This document shows, piece by piece, positions 13,241-23,569 of a DNA stretch of 64,000 nt. The stretch is from assembly GCA_030390025.1 (NCBI GenBank), contig JASTWF010000109.1, positions 682,001 through 746,000 on the forward strand. The letters are read 5' to 3'. The position numbers and the translations under genes were made by a program. The stretch's first letter is position 1; every line of letters begins with the position of its first letter. The DNA comes from Squalus acanthias. Taxonomy: Eukaryota. Below the pieces are notes generated by a model. The model made no database searches. It saw only the letters and a program-made list of their open reading frames with translations, and had not been told where the DNA came from.

Positions 13241-13534
13241 ACACAGCAGCTGGAATGCAACATTTCAACCGATGGTCCTCGGCAGCATCAGAGAAACAAC
13301 CATGATAAATCAGGTGTGGATTCAATCATCAGCATATATCTGGACTTTCATAATATTCTGTTAGTTTACGAATAAAAGGGACAATTTTACCACGAACCTT
13401 ATATAAAGATACTATGTTGAATACATGTTTTTTTCCAATATGTTTCCCAGGCGGCCATTTTAACGGTTTCGAACAGTGAGTTAGAAGCTGATTTTTAACT
13501 GATGACAACTGAGTTCATAGAATAGAGATTGAGT

Positions 13535-14280
13535 CACCTCCCCTTTCTCTGTCAGGGGTGTGTGGGGTACAGTGGGTTAACAATTGCCCTTTGCCTTCTC
13601 TCTGGTGATGAAGTTGTGGTGCAGTGTGTTCACAATTGCCCTTTCCCTTCTGTTTTGCGGGAGGTGTGTGTACAGGGGTTAAAAATGCCCTTTTCCCTCT
13701 CTCTGGTTCGGGTGTGGGTGTACAGTGGGTTAACAAATGCCCTTTCCCCTCTCTCTGATGGTGAAGTTTTCGTACAGTGGGTTAACAATTGCCCTTTCCC
13801 CTCTCTCGCTGGTGGGGGAGTTGTGGTACAGTGTGTTAACTATAGCCCTTTCCTCTCTCCCTGGTGGGGAATTGTGGTACAGCGGATTAACTATAGCCCT
13901 TTCCTCTCTCTCTGGTGGGGGAGTTGCGGTACAGTGGGTTAACAATTGACCTTTCCCCTCTCTCTGATTGGGGAGTTGTGGTACAGCGGGTTAACTATAG
14001 CCCTTTCCTCTCTCTCTGATTGGGGAGTTGCGGTACAGTGGGTTAACAATTGACCTTTCCCCTCTCTCGCTGGTGGGGGAGTTGCGGTACAGTGGGTTAA
14101 CAATTGACCTTTCCCCTCTCTCTGGTTGGGGAGTTTTGGTACAGTGGGTTAACAATTGCACTTTCCTCTCTCTCTGGTGGGGGAGTTGTTTTACAGTTGG
14201 TTAACTATTCTATTTTCCTCTCTCTCTCGAGGGGGAAGTGGAGATACATTTGGTTAACAATTGTCCTTTTTTCTCTCTCT
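13535..14280. repeat. 52-bp minisatellite downstream of CH4b
   Basis: Unit gagttgtggtacagtgggttaacaattgccctttcccctctctctggtgggg; period 52 measured at 13921/13973/14025. Confidence 0.9.
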
Positions 14281-14386
14281 AATTTAAATATCCCCAATTC
14301 AGATACACAGCCCGCCCCTTGACAACAATGGGAATCACAATTTACTGAGCGGCTGTGTTTTTAACTCACGATTGGAAGAAAACGCA

Positions 14387-14392
14387 TTTATT
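14387..14392 (-). terminator. PolyA signal of secretory form (copy b)
   Basis: AATAAA ~40 nt after the CH4b tailpiece stop. Confidence 0.85.
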
Positions 14393-14430
14393 GTTATTTA
14401 TTTAAGAACTGAAATTCAATCGAGAGTTTC

Positions 14431-14822
14431 TCATTGACAAGAATTGACGGAGTCCATCAGTACAAGGGAAATGTTCAGAAAACTTGCTTTACCGCTGGAT
14501 TTATTGACCGTTCTGGTGATGATCTTCAAGGGGATTGCTTCATGTCCCACCACACAGGAGTAAGAAGCGCCGCTGGCCCACTCCTCCGCTGCAATGGATA
14601 ACAGGCTGTAGATGAAGAAGGAACTGCTGCCGTTCTCCGCCATCACCTCGGTGTTCCTGTAGTTGCTGGAATTCACCGGCTTGTCATTGACGGTCCACTT
14701 GACGAAGATCTCTCGGGGGGAGAAACCTCTCCCAAAGCAGGTGAGGGTGACGGATCTCTGAGCGGAGATTTCTTCTGCAGAGGGCAGGAGGACAGACACG
14801 AACGGTTGCCGCTGATTTTTAG
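14431..14822 (-). CDS. IGHM: IgM CH4 copy b + canonical secretory tailpiece
   Basis: tcctgcag| (A)[17 protein letters not shown]...[42 protein letters not shown]-stop; internal donor G|GTAAAG at 14493/14492; tail has N-I-S sequon and penultimate Cys. Confidence 0.96.
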
Positions 14823-15302
14823 CTGCAGGACAATTACAAGAAAGGACAATAAACTGGAGAATTCCAGAGACAATTAAAGAGGTTGTTGGATGTGAGAGAA
14901 ATGTGCTTCACGCTGAATTTTGAAGAATGTATTTTTCCCCTCTGGACCCTGTCCGGTTTCCAGCCCGCAGCTGAGGGATATGCAATCCTTCTCTCTGAGA
15001 GCTTGAGGAGTTGAATTTACAACACAGAAACAGGCCATTCGGCCCAACAACTCCACAGGAGACACCTCGCACCTTAATTCATCTAACCCCAATAGCAGAT
15101 CCGTCGATTCCTGTTTCCTTCATGGACTTATCTACTTTCCCCTTAGGTGCATTATCTCGGTCCCAGAATGTTTTGTTAGTGGAATTAACAATCTGAATTA
15201 TCAGACTAATCTATTAAAGCTCTTAATAGAACGAATTGGCCCTTGCACATACACAGGAAATAGCCACAGTGTCTCACCTATTGCTACAATCTCACCGCTC
15301 AC

Positions 15303-15611
15303 CTGTTTCCTTGTGGATGGAAGCTCTTACAGCAGTCGGCATATCCTGATGGCTCACCACGCAGGTGAACTCATCCCCACTCAGCCAGGCTTGTGTCGAA
15401 ATGTCTATGTTGCTGATCACGCTGTTGGGATCCTCTCCGGGTTGAAGGGCAATCTCTGATTTCACAGTCTCCTTTCCTCGGCTCCAGGTCACGGTGACTC
15501 CATAAGGAGCATTAGACAAGACGCAGGTTAAGGTCACCGTTGTCTCCAGTAAGACCTGTTCTAGTGACGGCTGACGAAGAGTAATCACTGGATCGCTGCT
15601 TGTGATAGGAT
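15303..15611 (-). CDS. IGHM: IgM CH3 copy b
   Basis: tttcacag| (D)[30 protein letters not shown]...W...[23 protein letters not shown]|gtgag; 309 nt, phase 1/1, C1-set Cys/Trp/Cys intact. Confidence 0.95.
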
Positions 15612-16299
15612 CTGTGAAATGGAAATTAATGTCAAACAAAGCTTCATCTTCAGAATCAGGACACCAGTATTCAGCCATTACTGTCTCAAGGAGAATAAAT
15701 CACCTTTGTGATATCACCCAATCGCTGTTGCTTAAACACCATCGTTATTGGAAGGACAATGAATTGGCAACGAATCCGGGAGACTCTTTAACATTTCCTG
15801 TGTATTTGCTCCCAGAGCCTCCTGTAATGGGCTGTGAAGCAAATACGCGGCGTACAACAAAAAAATCGGGCGCAATTGTGTTCGGCACTGAAATCTTGCC
15901 GAAATCTCTTGCTCCTTTACGCCCGTCTGTCGATCCTGGTCTTCGAACACATCTCCGCTCCTTATAATGCCTCCGCACCAAGGGGTCAAGAGCGCTCACG
16001 AAAATTATACTGGTTCAAAACGGCTGTCAAATAAAATCCACGATTATAGGTGGAACAGGAAAAAAGTGAATTTCCTGGTTTCTTGTTGCGATTTTTGGGG
16101 CGATGGAAATGTGCAGGAACCTGCTGCAGCCCCCGTCAGAGGAGAGGTGAAAGGTCGGGAGAATGGAGCTCCAAGGCCTCTTTTGTGGTGGGGAATAATT
16201 TGAAATGCCGGGGTGTGGTAGTTTGCTAATTTGTGTCATTATTGAGCTATTCTCATGTCTGGTGTGAGAGCGTCAGAATGAAGTATGACCGCAGGGCAG

Positions 16300-16505
16300 C
16301 AATAGGAACACAGGAACAGGAGGAGGACATTCATCCCATCCAGCCTGTTCCGCAATTCAATGAGATCATGGCTGATCTGCACCTCAACACCATCTACCTG
16401 CATTGTTTCTGTAACCCTTGTAACCTTGACTAACAAAAATCTAACAATCTCTGTTTTGATATTTTCAATAGACGCCCACCTTCAACATCTTTTTAGAGGA
16501 GAGAT
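16300..16505 (-). mobile_element. CR1 3'-end fragment, truncated at the duplication junction
   Basis: CR1 3' terminus motif (ggaggaggacattc..cagcctgttccgcaattcaatgagatcatggctgatc); distal part aligns by eye with 19645-19735. Confidence 0.7.
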
Positions 16506-17635
16506 TGTGAGATACGGTGGTATAACAAATGCCCTTTTCCCTTTCTCTGGTGGGTGAGTGGAGGTACAGTGGTATAACAAATGCCCTTTCCCCTCTCTCT
16601 GCTGGGTGAGTGAAGATACGGTGCGTTAACAACTGTAATTTCGCTATCAATTGTCGGGTAGTGTGGTACAGTGGGTTAACAACTGTCCTTTCCCTATCAA
16701 TGGCGGGTGCGTGGAGATACAGTGGGTTAACAATGGTCATTCCCCCCCCCCCCTCTGCTGGGAGAGTGAAGATACGTTGAGCTAACAATTGTCGTTTCAC
16801 TATCAATGGTGGCGGAGTGGGGTACAGTGTGTTAACAACTGCCCTTTCCCTTTCTATAGTGAGGAAGTGGGGGTACACTGGGTTAACAACTGCCCTTTCC
16901 TATCAATGGTGAGGGAGTGGGGGTACAGTGGATTAACAATCGCCCTTTCCTATCAATGCTGGAGGTGTGGGGGCACAGTGTGCTAACAAATGCCCTTTCC
17001 CTATCAATGGTGTGAGAGTGGGGGTACAGTGGGTTATTATTTGCCCTTTTTCTATCAATGCTGGGGGTGTGGGGGCACAGTGTGCTAACAATTGCCCTTT
17101 CCCTATCAATGGTGGGAGAGTGGGTGTAGAGTGGGTTATTTTTTGCCCTTTTCCTATCAATGTTGGGGGACTGGGGGCACATTGTGCTAAGACACGCCCT
17201 TTCCCTATCAATGGTGGGGGAATGGGGGTACAGTGGGTTAATAAATGCCCATTCCCTATCAAAGCTGGCGGAGTGGGTGTAAAGTAGGTTAATATTTGCC
17301 CTTTCGCTATCTATGTTGAGGGAGTTGCGGCTCAGTGGGTTAACAACTTCCCTTTCCCTTCATGCTGGTGCGGCAGTGAGAGGTACAGTGTGTTAACAAT
17401 TGCCATTTCAACTCTCTCTGGTGCGGCAGTGAGGATACAGTGTGTTAACAATTGCCCTTCTCTCTCTCTCCGTTGAGGCAGTGGTGATACAGGAGTTAAC
17501 AATTGCCCTTTCCCCTCTCTCTGGTGCGGCAGTGAGGATACAGTGTGTTAACAGTTGTCATTTCCAATCTCTCTGGTGAGGGAGTGGTGATACAGGAGTT
17601 AGCAATTGCCCTTCCCCCTCTATCTGGTGGGGGTA
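16506..17635. repeat. 50-52-bp minisatellite downstream of CH4a (same family as 13535-14280)
   Basis: Core ggtacagtgggttaacaattgccctttccc with a tatcaatgg variant sub-array. Confidence 0.9.
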
Positions 17636-17740
17636 CATTTCGTGTTCGTGTGTGACACTTACATCAATTCCAAATGGCTGCGATGCTGCGAATTTAAATG
17701 TCCCCACTTCTGAAGGGATTGACAACACGAGAAACTGGGA

Positions 17741-17975
17741 TAAAATTAGAAAGTGCTGGAAATACTCAGCAGGTCAGGCGGCATCTGTGCTGAGAGAAAC
17801 AGAGTCAACTTTTCAGATCGATGACTCTTCATCAAAATGGGCTGACGAAGGGTCATCGACCTGAAACGGTGGCTCTGTTTCTCTCTGCACAGATGCTGCC
17901 TGGCCTATTGAGTATTTCCAGCATTTTCTGCTTTTATCTCAGATTTCCACCATCCGCAGTATTTTGCTTTTGTTC
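17741..17975. mobile_element. Palindromic short element with hammerhead-ribozyme-like core (Penelope-type remnant)
   Basis: ~95-bp inverted arms around 17835-17841; CTGACGA-agggtc-atc-gacct-GAAAC at 17842-17867. Confidence 0.65.
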
Positions 17976-18269
17976 GATTAACAGGGAGACCGAGATCTAA
18001 ATGTGCTGCGTTTGTTTGTCGGAAATGGGAATTTTAAGATTCCCCCAGCGGGATGAAAGTTGAAGTTACTTTGAGGAATCGTGTTATGAGAGAGCTTCAC
18101 TCTGTCTCTAACTCGTGGTGAATCTGAGCTGGGAGCGCTGGCTGTACAAACCATGGACCCAAGACCCACAAACACCCAACTTCAGATACACAGCCCGCCC
18201 CTGGGCAACAATGGGACACGAAATTATTTGAGCTGCTGTGTTTTTAACTCCGGATTCGAAGAAAAGCCC

Positions 18270-18275
18270 TTTATT
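18270..18275 (-). terminator. PolyA signal of secretory form (copy a)
   Basis: AATAAA at the position equivalent to 14387-14392. Confidence 0.8.
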
Positions 18276-18357
18276 GATATTTATTTAAGAACTGAAATGC
18301 AATCGATATTTTCTCATTGACAAGAATTGACGGAGTCCATCAGTACAAGGGAAATGT

Positions 18358-18704
18358 TCACAAACATTGTTTACCCATGGATTTATTGACCGTTCTGGTG
18401 ATGATCTTCAAGGGGATCGCTTCATGTCCCACCACACAGGAGTAAGAAGCGCCGCTGGCCCACTCCTCCGCTGCAATGGATAACAGGCTGTAGATGAAGA
18501 AGGAACTGCTGCCGTTCTCCGCCATCACCTCGGTGTTCTTGTAGTTGCTGGAATTCACCGGCTTGTCATTGACGGTCCACTTGACGAAGATCTCTCGGGG
18601 GGAGAATCCTCTCCCTAAGCAGGTGAGGGTGACGGATCTCTGAGCGGAAATTTCTTCTGCCGAGGGCAGGAGGACAGACACGGACGGTGGCCGCGGATGT
18701 TGAG
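18358..18704 (-). CDS. IGHM: IgM CH4 copy a with frameshifted short tail (GKQCL-stop)
   Basis: tcctgcag| (A)[17 protein letters not shown]...TVNKSM; internal donor G|GTAAAC at 18375/18374; tail is 1 nt shorter than copy b, giving TGA at 18358-18360; the remainder of the old tailpiece follows out of frame to 18314. Confidence 0.93.
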
Positions 18705-19182
18705 CTGCAGGACAATTACAAGAAAGGACAATAAACTGGAGAATTCCAGAGACAGTGAAAGCGGTAGTTAGATGTGAGAGAAGTGAGCTTTCCGCTGAAT
18801 TTTAACGGATTTATTTATCCCTCTGGACCCTGTCCGGTTTCCAGCCCGCAGCTGAGGGATATGCACTCCTTCTCTCTGAGAGCTTGATGAGATGAATTTA
18901 CAGCACAGAAACGGTCCATTTGGCCCTTCAGCTCCACAGGAGACACCTCCCACCTTATGTATCTAACCCCAATAGCATATCCTTCTATTCCTTTTTCCCT
19001 CATGAACTTATCTCTCTTCCCCATAAGTGCAAGAGCTCGGGTCCCAAAGTATTTAGTTAGTGAATTACCAACCTGAATTATCAGAGTAGTCCATTACAGC
19101 TCATAATAGAAAGAATTGTTCCTTACACAAACCTAGGAAATAGCCACAGTGTCTCACTTATTGCTACAATCTCACCGCTCAC

Positions 19183-19488
19183 CTGTTTCCTTGTGGATGG
19201 AAGCTCTTTCAGCAGTCGCCATATCCTGATGGCTCACCACGCAGGAGAACTCATCCCCACTCAGCCAGGCTTGTGTCGAGATTTTTAGGTTGCTGATCAC
19301 ACTGTTGGGATCCTCCCCGGGTTGAACAATCTCTGATTTCATAGTCTCCTTTCCTCGGGTCCAGGTCACGGTGACTCCATGAGGAACATTGGAAACGACG
19401 CAGGTTAAGTCTAGAGTCGCCTCCATTAAGACCTGTTCTAGTGACGGTTCGCGAAGAGTAATCATTGATTCGCTGCGTGAGGAACGAT
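19183..19488 (-). CDS. IGHM: IgM CH3 copy a
   Basis: tttcacag| (D)[30 protein letters not shown]...[23 protein letters not shown]|gtgag; 306 nt, open, phase 1/1. Confidence 0.95.
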
Positions 19489-19644
19489 CTGTGAAACAGA
19501 AAGGAAATCAAGCAAAGCTTCATGTTCAGATTCAGGACACCAGTATTCAAACATTATTGTCTCAAGCAGAATAAATCTCACTTGAGATATCACCCTGTCG
19601 TTGTTGCTTGAACACCATCTCCGCTCCTCATAATGCCTCCGTTG

Positions 19645-20065
19645 ATCCCCTTGCCCTACAAAAATCTATCAATCTCAGTTTTGATATTTTCAATTGACAC
19701 CCATCTTCAACAGCTTCGTGGGAGAGAGTGTTCCAGATTCCCACAGCCCTTTGCACGAATAAGTGGTTCCTCACCTCTCCCCTGAACGGCCTTGCTCTAA
19801 TTTTAAGATTATTGCCCCTTGTTCTGGACTCCCCCAACAGTGGAAATACTTTATCACTATCTACACACCAATTCCAAAAAATAATTTAATTAGTTCACCC
19901 TTTAATCTTGTATACTCAAAGCAATACAAGCCTATTTATTCAGTGCAACATGTCCTCATAATTTATACCTTTTTGCCCAATTTTATTCTGGTAAATCTGT
20001 ACTGCACACCTTCCAAGGCCAGTGTATCCATCCTGATGTGCAGAGCCCAGAATTGAACACATTTC
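19645..20065 (-). mobile_element. CR1 ORF2 C-terminal fragment
   Basis: ESRTRGNNLKIRARPFRGEVRNHLFVQRAVGIWNTL resembles the CR1 ORF2 C-terminus seen at 51348-51480. Confidence 0.8.
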
Positions 20066-20269
20066 TCTAAATAGGCTAGATGACCTTTCTAGCTGTGGGC
20101 CCCTGGACAGTTACCAGTAAAGGCCTCCAGACACCTACTGCCGCTCGGAATATGATCAGCCAGCTCAGGATAAACCTGAGCCCCAGGACACCTCACTCAC
20201 TGTCTGATATCAGAGCCGAGGGAATCCTATGGCGATGTTATTAAATCCTGAACCGTGAGAAATCCTAAT

Positions 20270-20675
20270 TCAGAAGATGGTGAGTTCAAGTCCCACTCCA
20301 GAGACTTGAACACAGAATGTAAGCTGACTGGCCCAATGCAGTACTGAAGGAGCGCAGCACTGTCTTTCGGATGAGGTGTTAAACCGAGGATCCGTCTGCC
20401 CGCTCAATTGGACGGAAGAGATCCCGTGGCACCATTTCAAAGAAGAGCAGGGGAGTTCTCCCGGTGCCGTGGCAAATACTTACCTCTCAACAAATATCAC
20501 TAAACAAAAAAAATATCTGGTCATTATCACATTGCTGTTTGTGGGAGCTTGCTGTGCACAAAAAGTCTGCCCCGTTTTGTACATTCCAAAAGTGGCCGTA
20601 TTTCAAACGTAATTCATTGTCTGTCAAGCGGTTTGGGACAGTCTGAGGTCCCTAAAGGCGCTGTAAAAAGGCAAT
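20270..20675 (+). mobile_element. tRNA-derived SINE with Deu-domain-like core
   Basis: B-box gagttcaagtccc; core tttcggatgaggtgttaaaccgagg..gaagagcaggggagttctcccc..tcacattgctgtttgtggga characteristic of DeuSINEs. It interrupts a local ~165-bp tandem repeat (20160-20270, 20690-20910). Confidence 0.7.
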
Positions 20676-20985
20676 TCCTTATTTTATTTTACATCGGAAG
20701 GACACACAAACTGCATGATTGTACATTAGAAATTGAGCTAACTCAGGATAAAACTGAGACCAAGGACACCTCACTCCCTGTCTGACATTACAGCTGCGGG
20801 AATCCTTCTCTGCTGGCGAAGTGATGGATTCCTAAACTGTGAGGAATCCCACTTACATCGGAAGGAAACACCAAACTGCTTGATTGTAAATTAGAAATTG
20901 TGCTGTGCTTTGGACTAATTCCAATAAAATTCTGACTCAGATCGGCACTAAGTGGTTTGGAACTCCCCGGGTCGGTGTCTCTTAC

Positions 20986-21294
20986 CCTGAGAGCTGGAGA
21001 TGTCTTTGCTTTGGGTAACCCCTTCATGAGTGACCTGGCAAGTGTAGACCGAGCCGGTGAACCATTCGCCGGCGGGGACTTTCAGCAGACTGGTCGCCGA
21101 GAAGGTCCCGTTCACTTCACAGACGGGAGAGGTGACGAAGCCCGAATGCATGAGTTGTCCGTTCTTCAGCCAATTAACAGTCAGTGACTCTGGACGGAAA
21201 TCCATGATTGAACACACGACGGTTGCATATCTGCTGCTGGTGATTTGGTCCCTGGAACTCACCGTGAGGATAACAGTTGGATGGACGGATTCAT
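20986..21294 (-). CDS. IGHM: IgM CH2 exon
   Basis: ccctag| (D)[13 protein letters not shown]...[22 protein letters not shown]...[21 protein letters not shown]|gtaag; 309 nt. Confidence 0.96.
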
Positions 21295-21414
21295 CTAGGG
21301 AAGACATGTTATTGACATATATATTGCAAAATAAATGATTAGGAAATGCATAGTGTCCTTATCTTTAAGCAGGTCCTTTACTGTCAGGCGCACATTAACC
21401 TGGCATTTCTAAGG

Positions 21415-22095
21415 ATTGAACTGTACACAGTATTCTAAGTGGGATATGGAGACTAGTACTCTGCACACTATTCTCAGTATGATATGGAGATCAGGAATGT
21501 GCACAGGATTCTAAGTGTGATATGGAGACCTGGACTCTGCACAGTATTCTCAGTGTGATATGGAGTCCAGGACTCTGCACAGTATTCTCAGTGTGATATG
21601 TAGACCAGGACTGTGCACAGTATTCTCATTGTGATATGGAGACCAGGACTCTGCACAGTATTCTCAGTGTGATATGGAGACCAGGACTCTGCACAGTATT
21701 CTCAGTGAAATATGTAGACCAGGACTGTGCACAGTATTCTCATTGTGATATGGAGACCAGGACTCTGCACAGTATTCTCAGTGTGATATGGAGACCAGGA
21801 CTGTGCACAGTATTCTCATTGTGATATGGAGACCAGGACTCTGCACTGTATTCTAAGTGTGATATGGAGACCAGGACTGTGAACAGTATTCCAAGTTTGA
21901 TATGGAGACCAGAACTGTACATAGTTTTCTAAATGTAATATGGAGACCAGCACTCTGCACACTATTCTATGCGGGATATGGAGTCGAGGATTGTGCTCTA
22001 TACTCTAAGTGGGAAGTAGAGACCAGAACTGCTCACAATACTCTAAGTGTGGACGAACCAATTTTCTATACAAGTTGAACATAACATCCCTGCTT
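21415..22095. repeat. 38-bp minisatellite (~16 copies) grading into a CR1 remnant, in the CH1-CH2 intron
   Basis: Unit gtgtgatatggagaccaggactctgcacagtattctca. Confidence 0.9.
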
Positions 22096-22129
22096 TTCTC
22101 AGTTTCCCCCTGTGTCCAACAACACTAAC

Positions 22130-22426
22130 CTGGCATTGGGATGCTCCATTCCGAATCACTTCGTCGAACCACGCAGTAGATTGTGCTGCTCCCCACCTCT
22201 GACGCGGTGATGGTTAACTGGCTGCTCAGGGTGTAGGTTCCCATCTTGTTGAGCACTGACGGGTAAGTCATCAATCCAGTGGTGATCGGCACTTTATCTT
22301 TCGTCCAGGAAACGCTGGTGATTTCGGGGTTATAGTCCATCGCCAAACAGCCGAAATTGACGGAGCCGTCGGTGTGGGGTTGTTCACAGGAGAGCAGCGC
22401 GTAGAGGGTGGGAGCAGACGGTGTCG
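22130..22426 (-). CDS. IGHM: IgM CH1 exon
   Basis: ctttctcag| (A)[31 protein letters not shown]...[17 protein letters not shown]|gttag; closely resembles shark Cmu1; N-terminal Cys available for light-chain bond. Confidence 0.96.
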
Positions 22427-23299
22427 CTGAGAAAGAATGGCCAGTTAGGCAAGTTACAATCTGTAATATGTGCTCATAAAACAACCAAACAACCCGAAAT
22501 TTGACTCCAGGATAAACTCATTCCATCATCTGATGATCAAAAACTACAGCGGCATTTGAGCTTCTGTCAGTTCCATCATACGCACCTGTCGACCCCCTGG
22601 TCAGGAACAGACCTCTCTGTCCCCGAGCTCTATCACATTGCAAAAACAAGAGCCTTTTCACCTCACCTCAATAAGGTATCTTTCATTGGATCTTACAATA
22701 CAAGGGCAGAGACGTGTTCCTGCTATTTCGGCCAGCATTTATTTCAGTTTTTGGAAATTTGCTCTATGCCAATTGACTGCTGCTTTTCCCCACAAAACAA
22801 CAGTGACTCTACTTCAAAAGTGACAGCGTAATCCGTGCTTATAAAATTAACAAAACATGAGCTCAAAACGGACAAGTACAGAATTGAACAGGGAAGTTTT
22901 CCACGGCCTAGTTTCTAAGATTCAAGCTGTAGATGAATCGGGATTGAGTCGAATCTATCTCTTTCCTTCTCAGTATTTGAGGAAGAGCGATGTATTTCAA
23001 CGCCCTGTCCCATTCTACTGAATGGATGCTTCATGAGATTCCTCCTCGCTCCCACTCAATTAATAATCCGAATAAAATATGATTCCAGAATCCGGTTAAC
23101 GGAAGTGTCTCTTTAAATGGCCCAATTTATTTGCCAAAGTAACTGCCGACCTCCCACCAGTGAGAACAGGCGCTGCTTTCTGGGTCGTAACAGGCACCTC
23201 TTGTTGCTGATTGTATCGAGCATAATCTAAACATGGGGACAGGTTTTTCTTTAAAAATCTAATATTGGCAATCCTTAAATATTATAAATCTATAGGAGG

Positions 23300-23530
23300 C
23301 AGGGAGTAGTGGTGAGCGGATGTTTTACAAACTGTAGAAAATGATGCAGTGGGGTCTCCCATGGATCGGTATGAGGACCATTGTTGTTCCTGTTATATAA
23401 AAATCACCTGGACTTCGGTATAGTGAGTACAATTTTGGAGTTCGCAGATGACTCTAAACTTGGCAAAGCAGCAAATTGTGAGCAGGATAGTAGCAGACTT
23501 CAGGAGGACATAAACCGGCTAGTGAAATGG
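23300..23530 (+). mobile_element. CR1 RT fragment
   Basis: ILEFADDSKLG..RLQEDINRLVKW. Confidence 0.75.
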
Positions 23531-23569
23531 TATCTTTTTGAACTTCCAGGTCTGATTCAAGACGAGTTA

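Noticed and set aside
5984-13364. Long Cys/Val-rich and Thr/His-rich ORFs
   Set aside because: Translations of the 57-bp repeat (19-codon period); they shift frame constantly and have no splice or domain support.
5560-17635. Class-switch (S)-like regions
   Set aside because: The G-rich strand is the template rather than the non-template strand, AGCT motifs are not enriched, and the arrays lie downstream of C exons rather than 5' of CH1.
15266-19151. CACAGTG heptamers just downstream of both CH3 exons, and CACAGTA in the 38-bp repeat
   Set aside because: No nonamer at 12 or 23 spacing.
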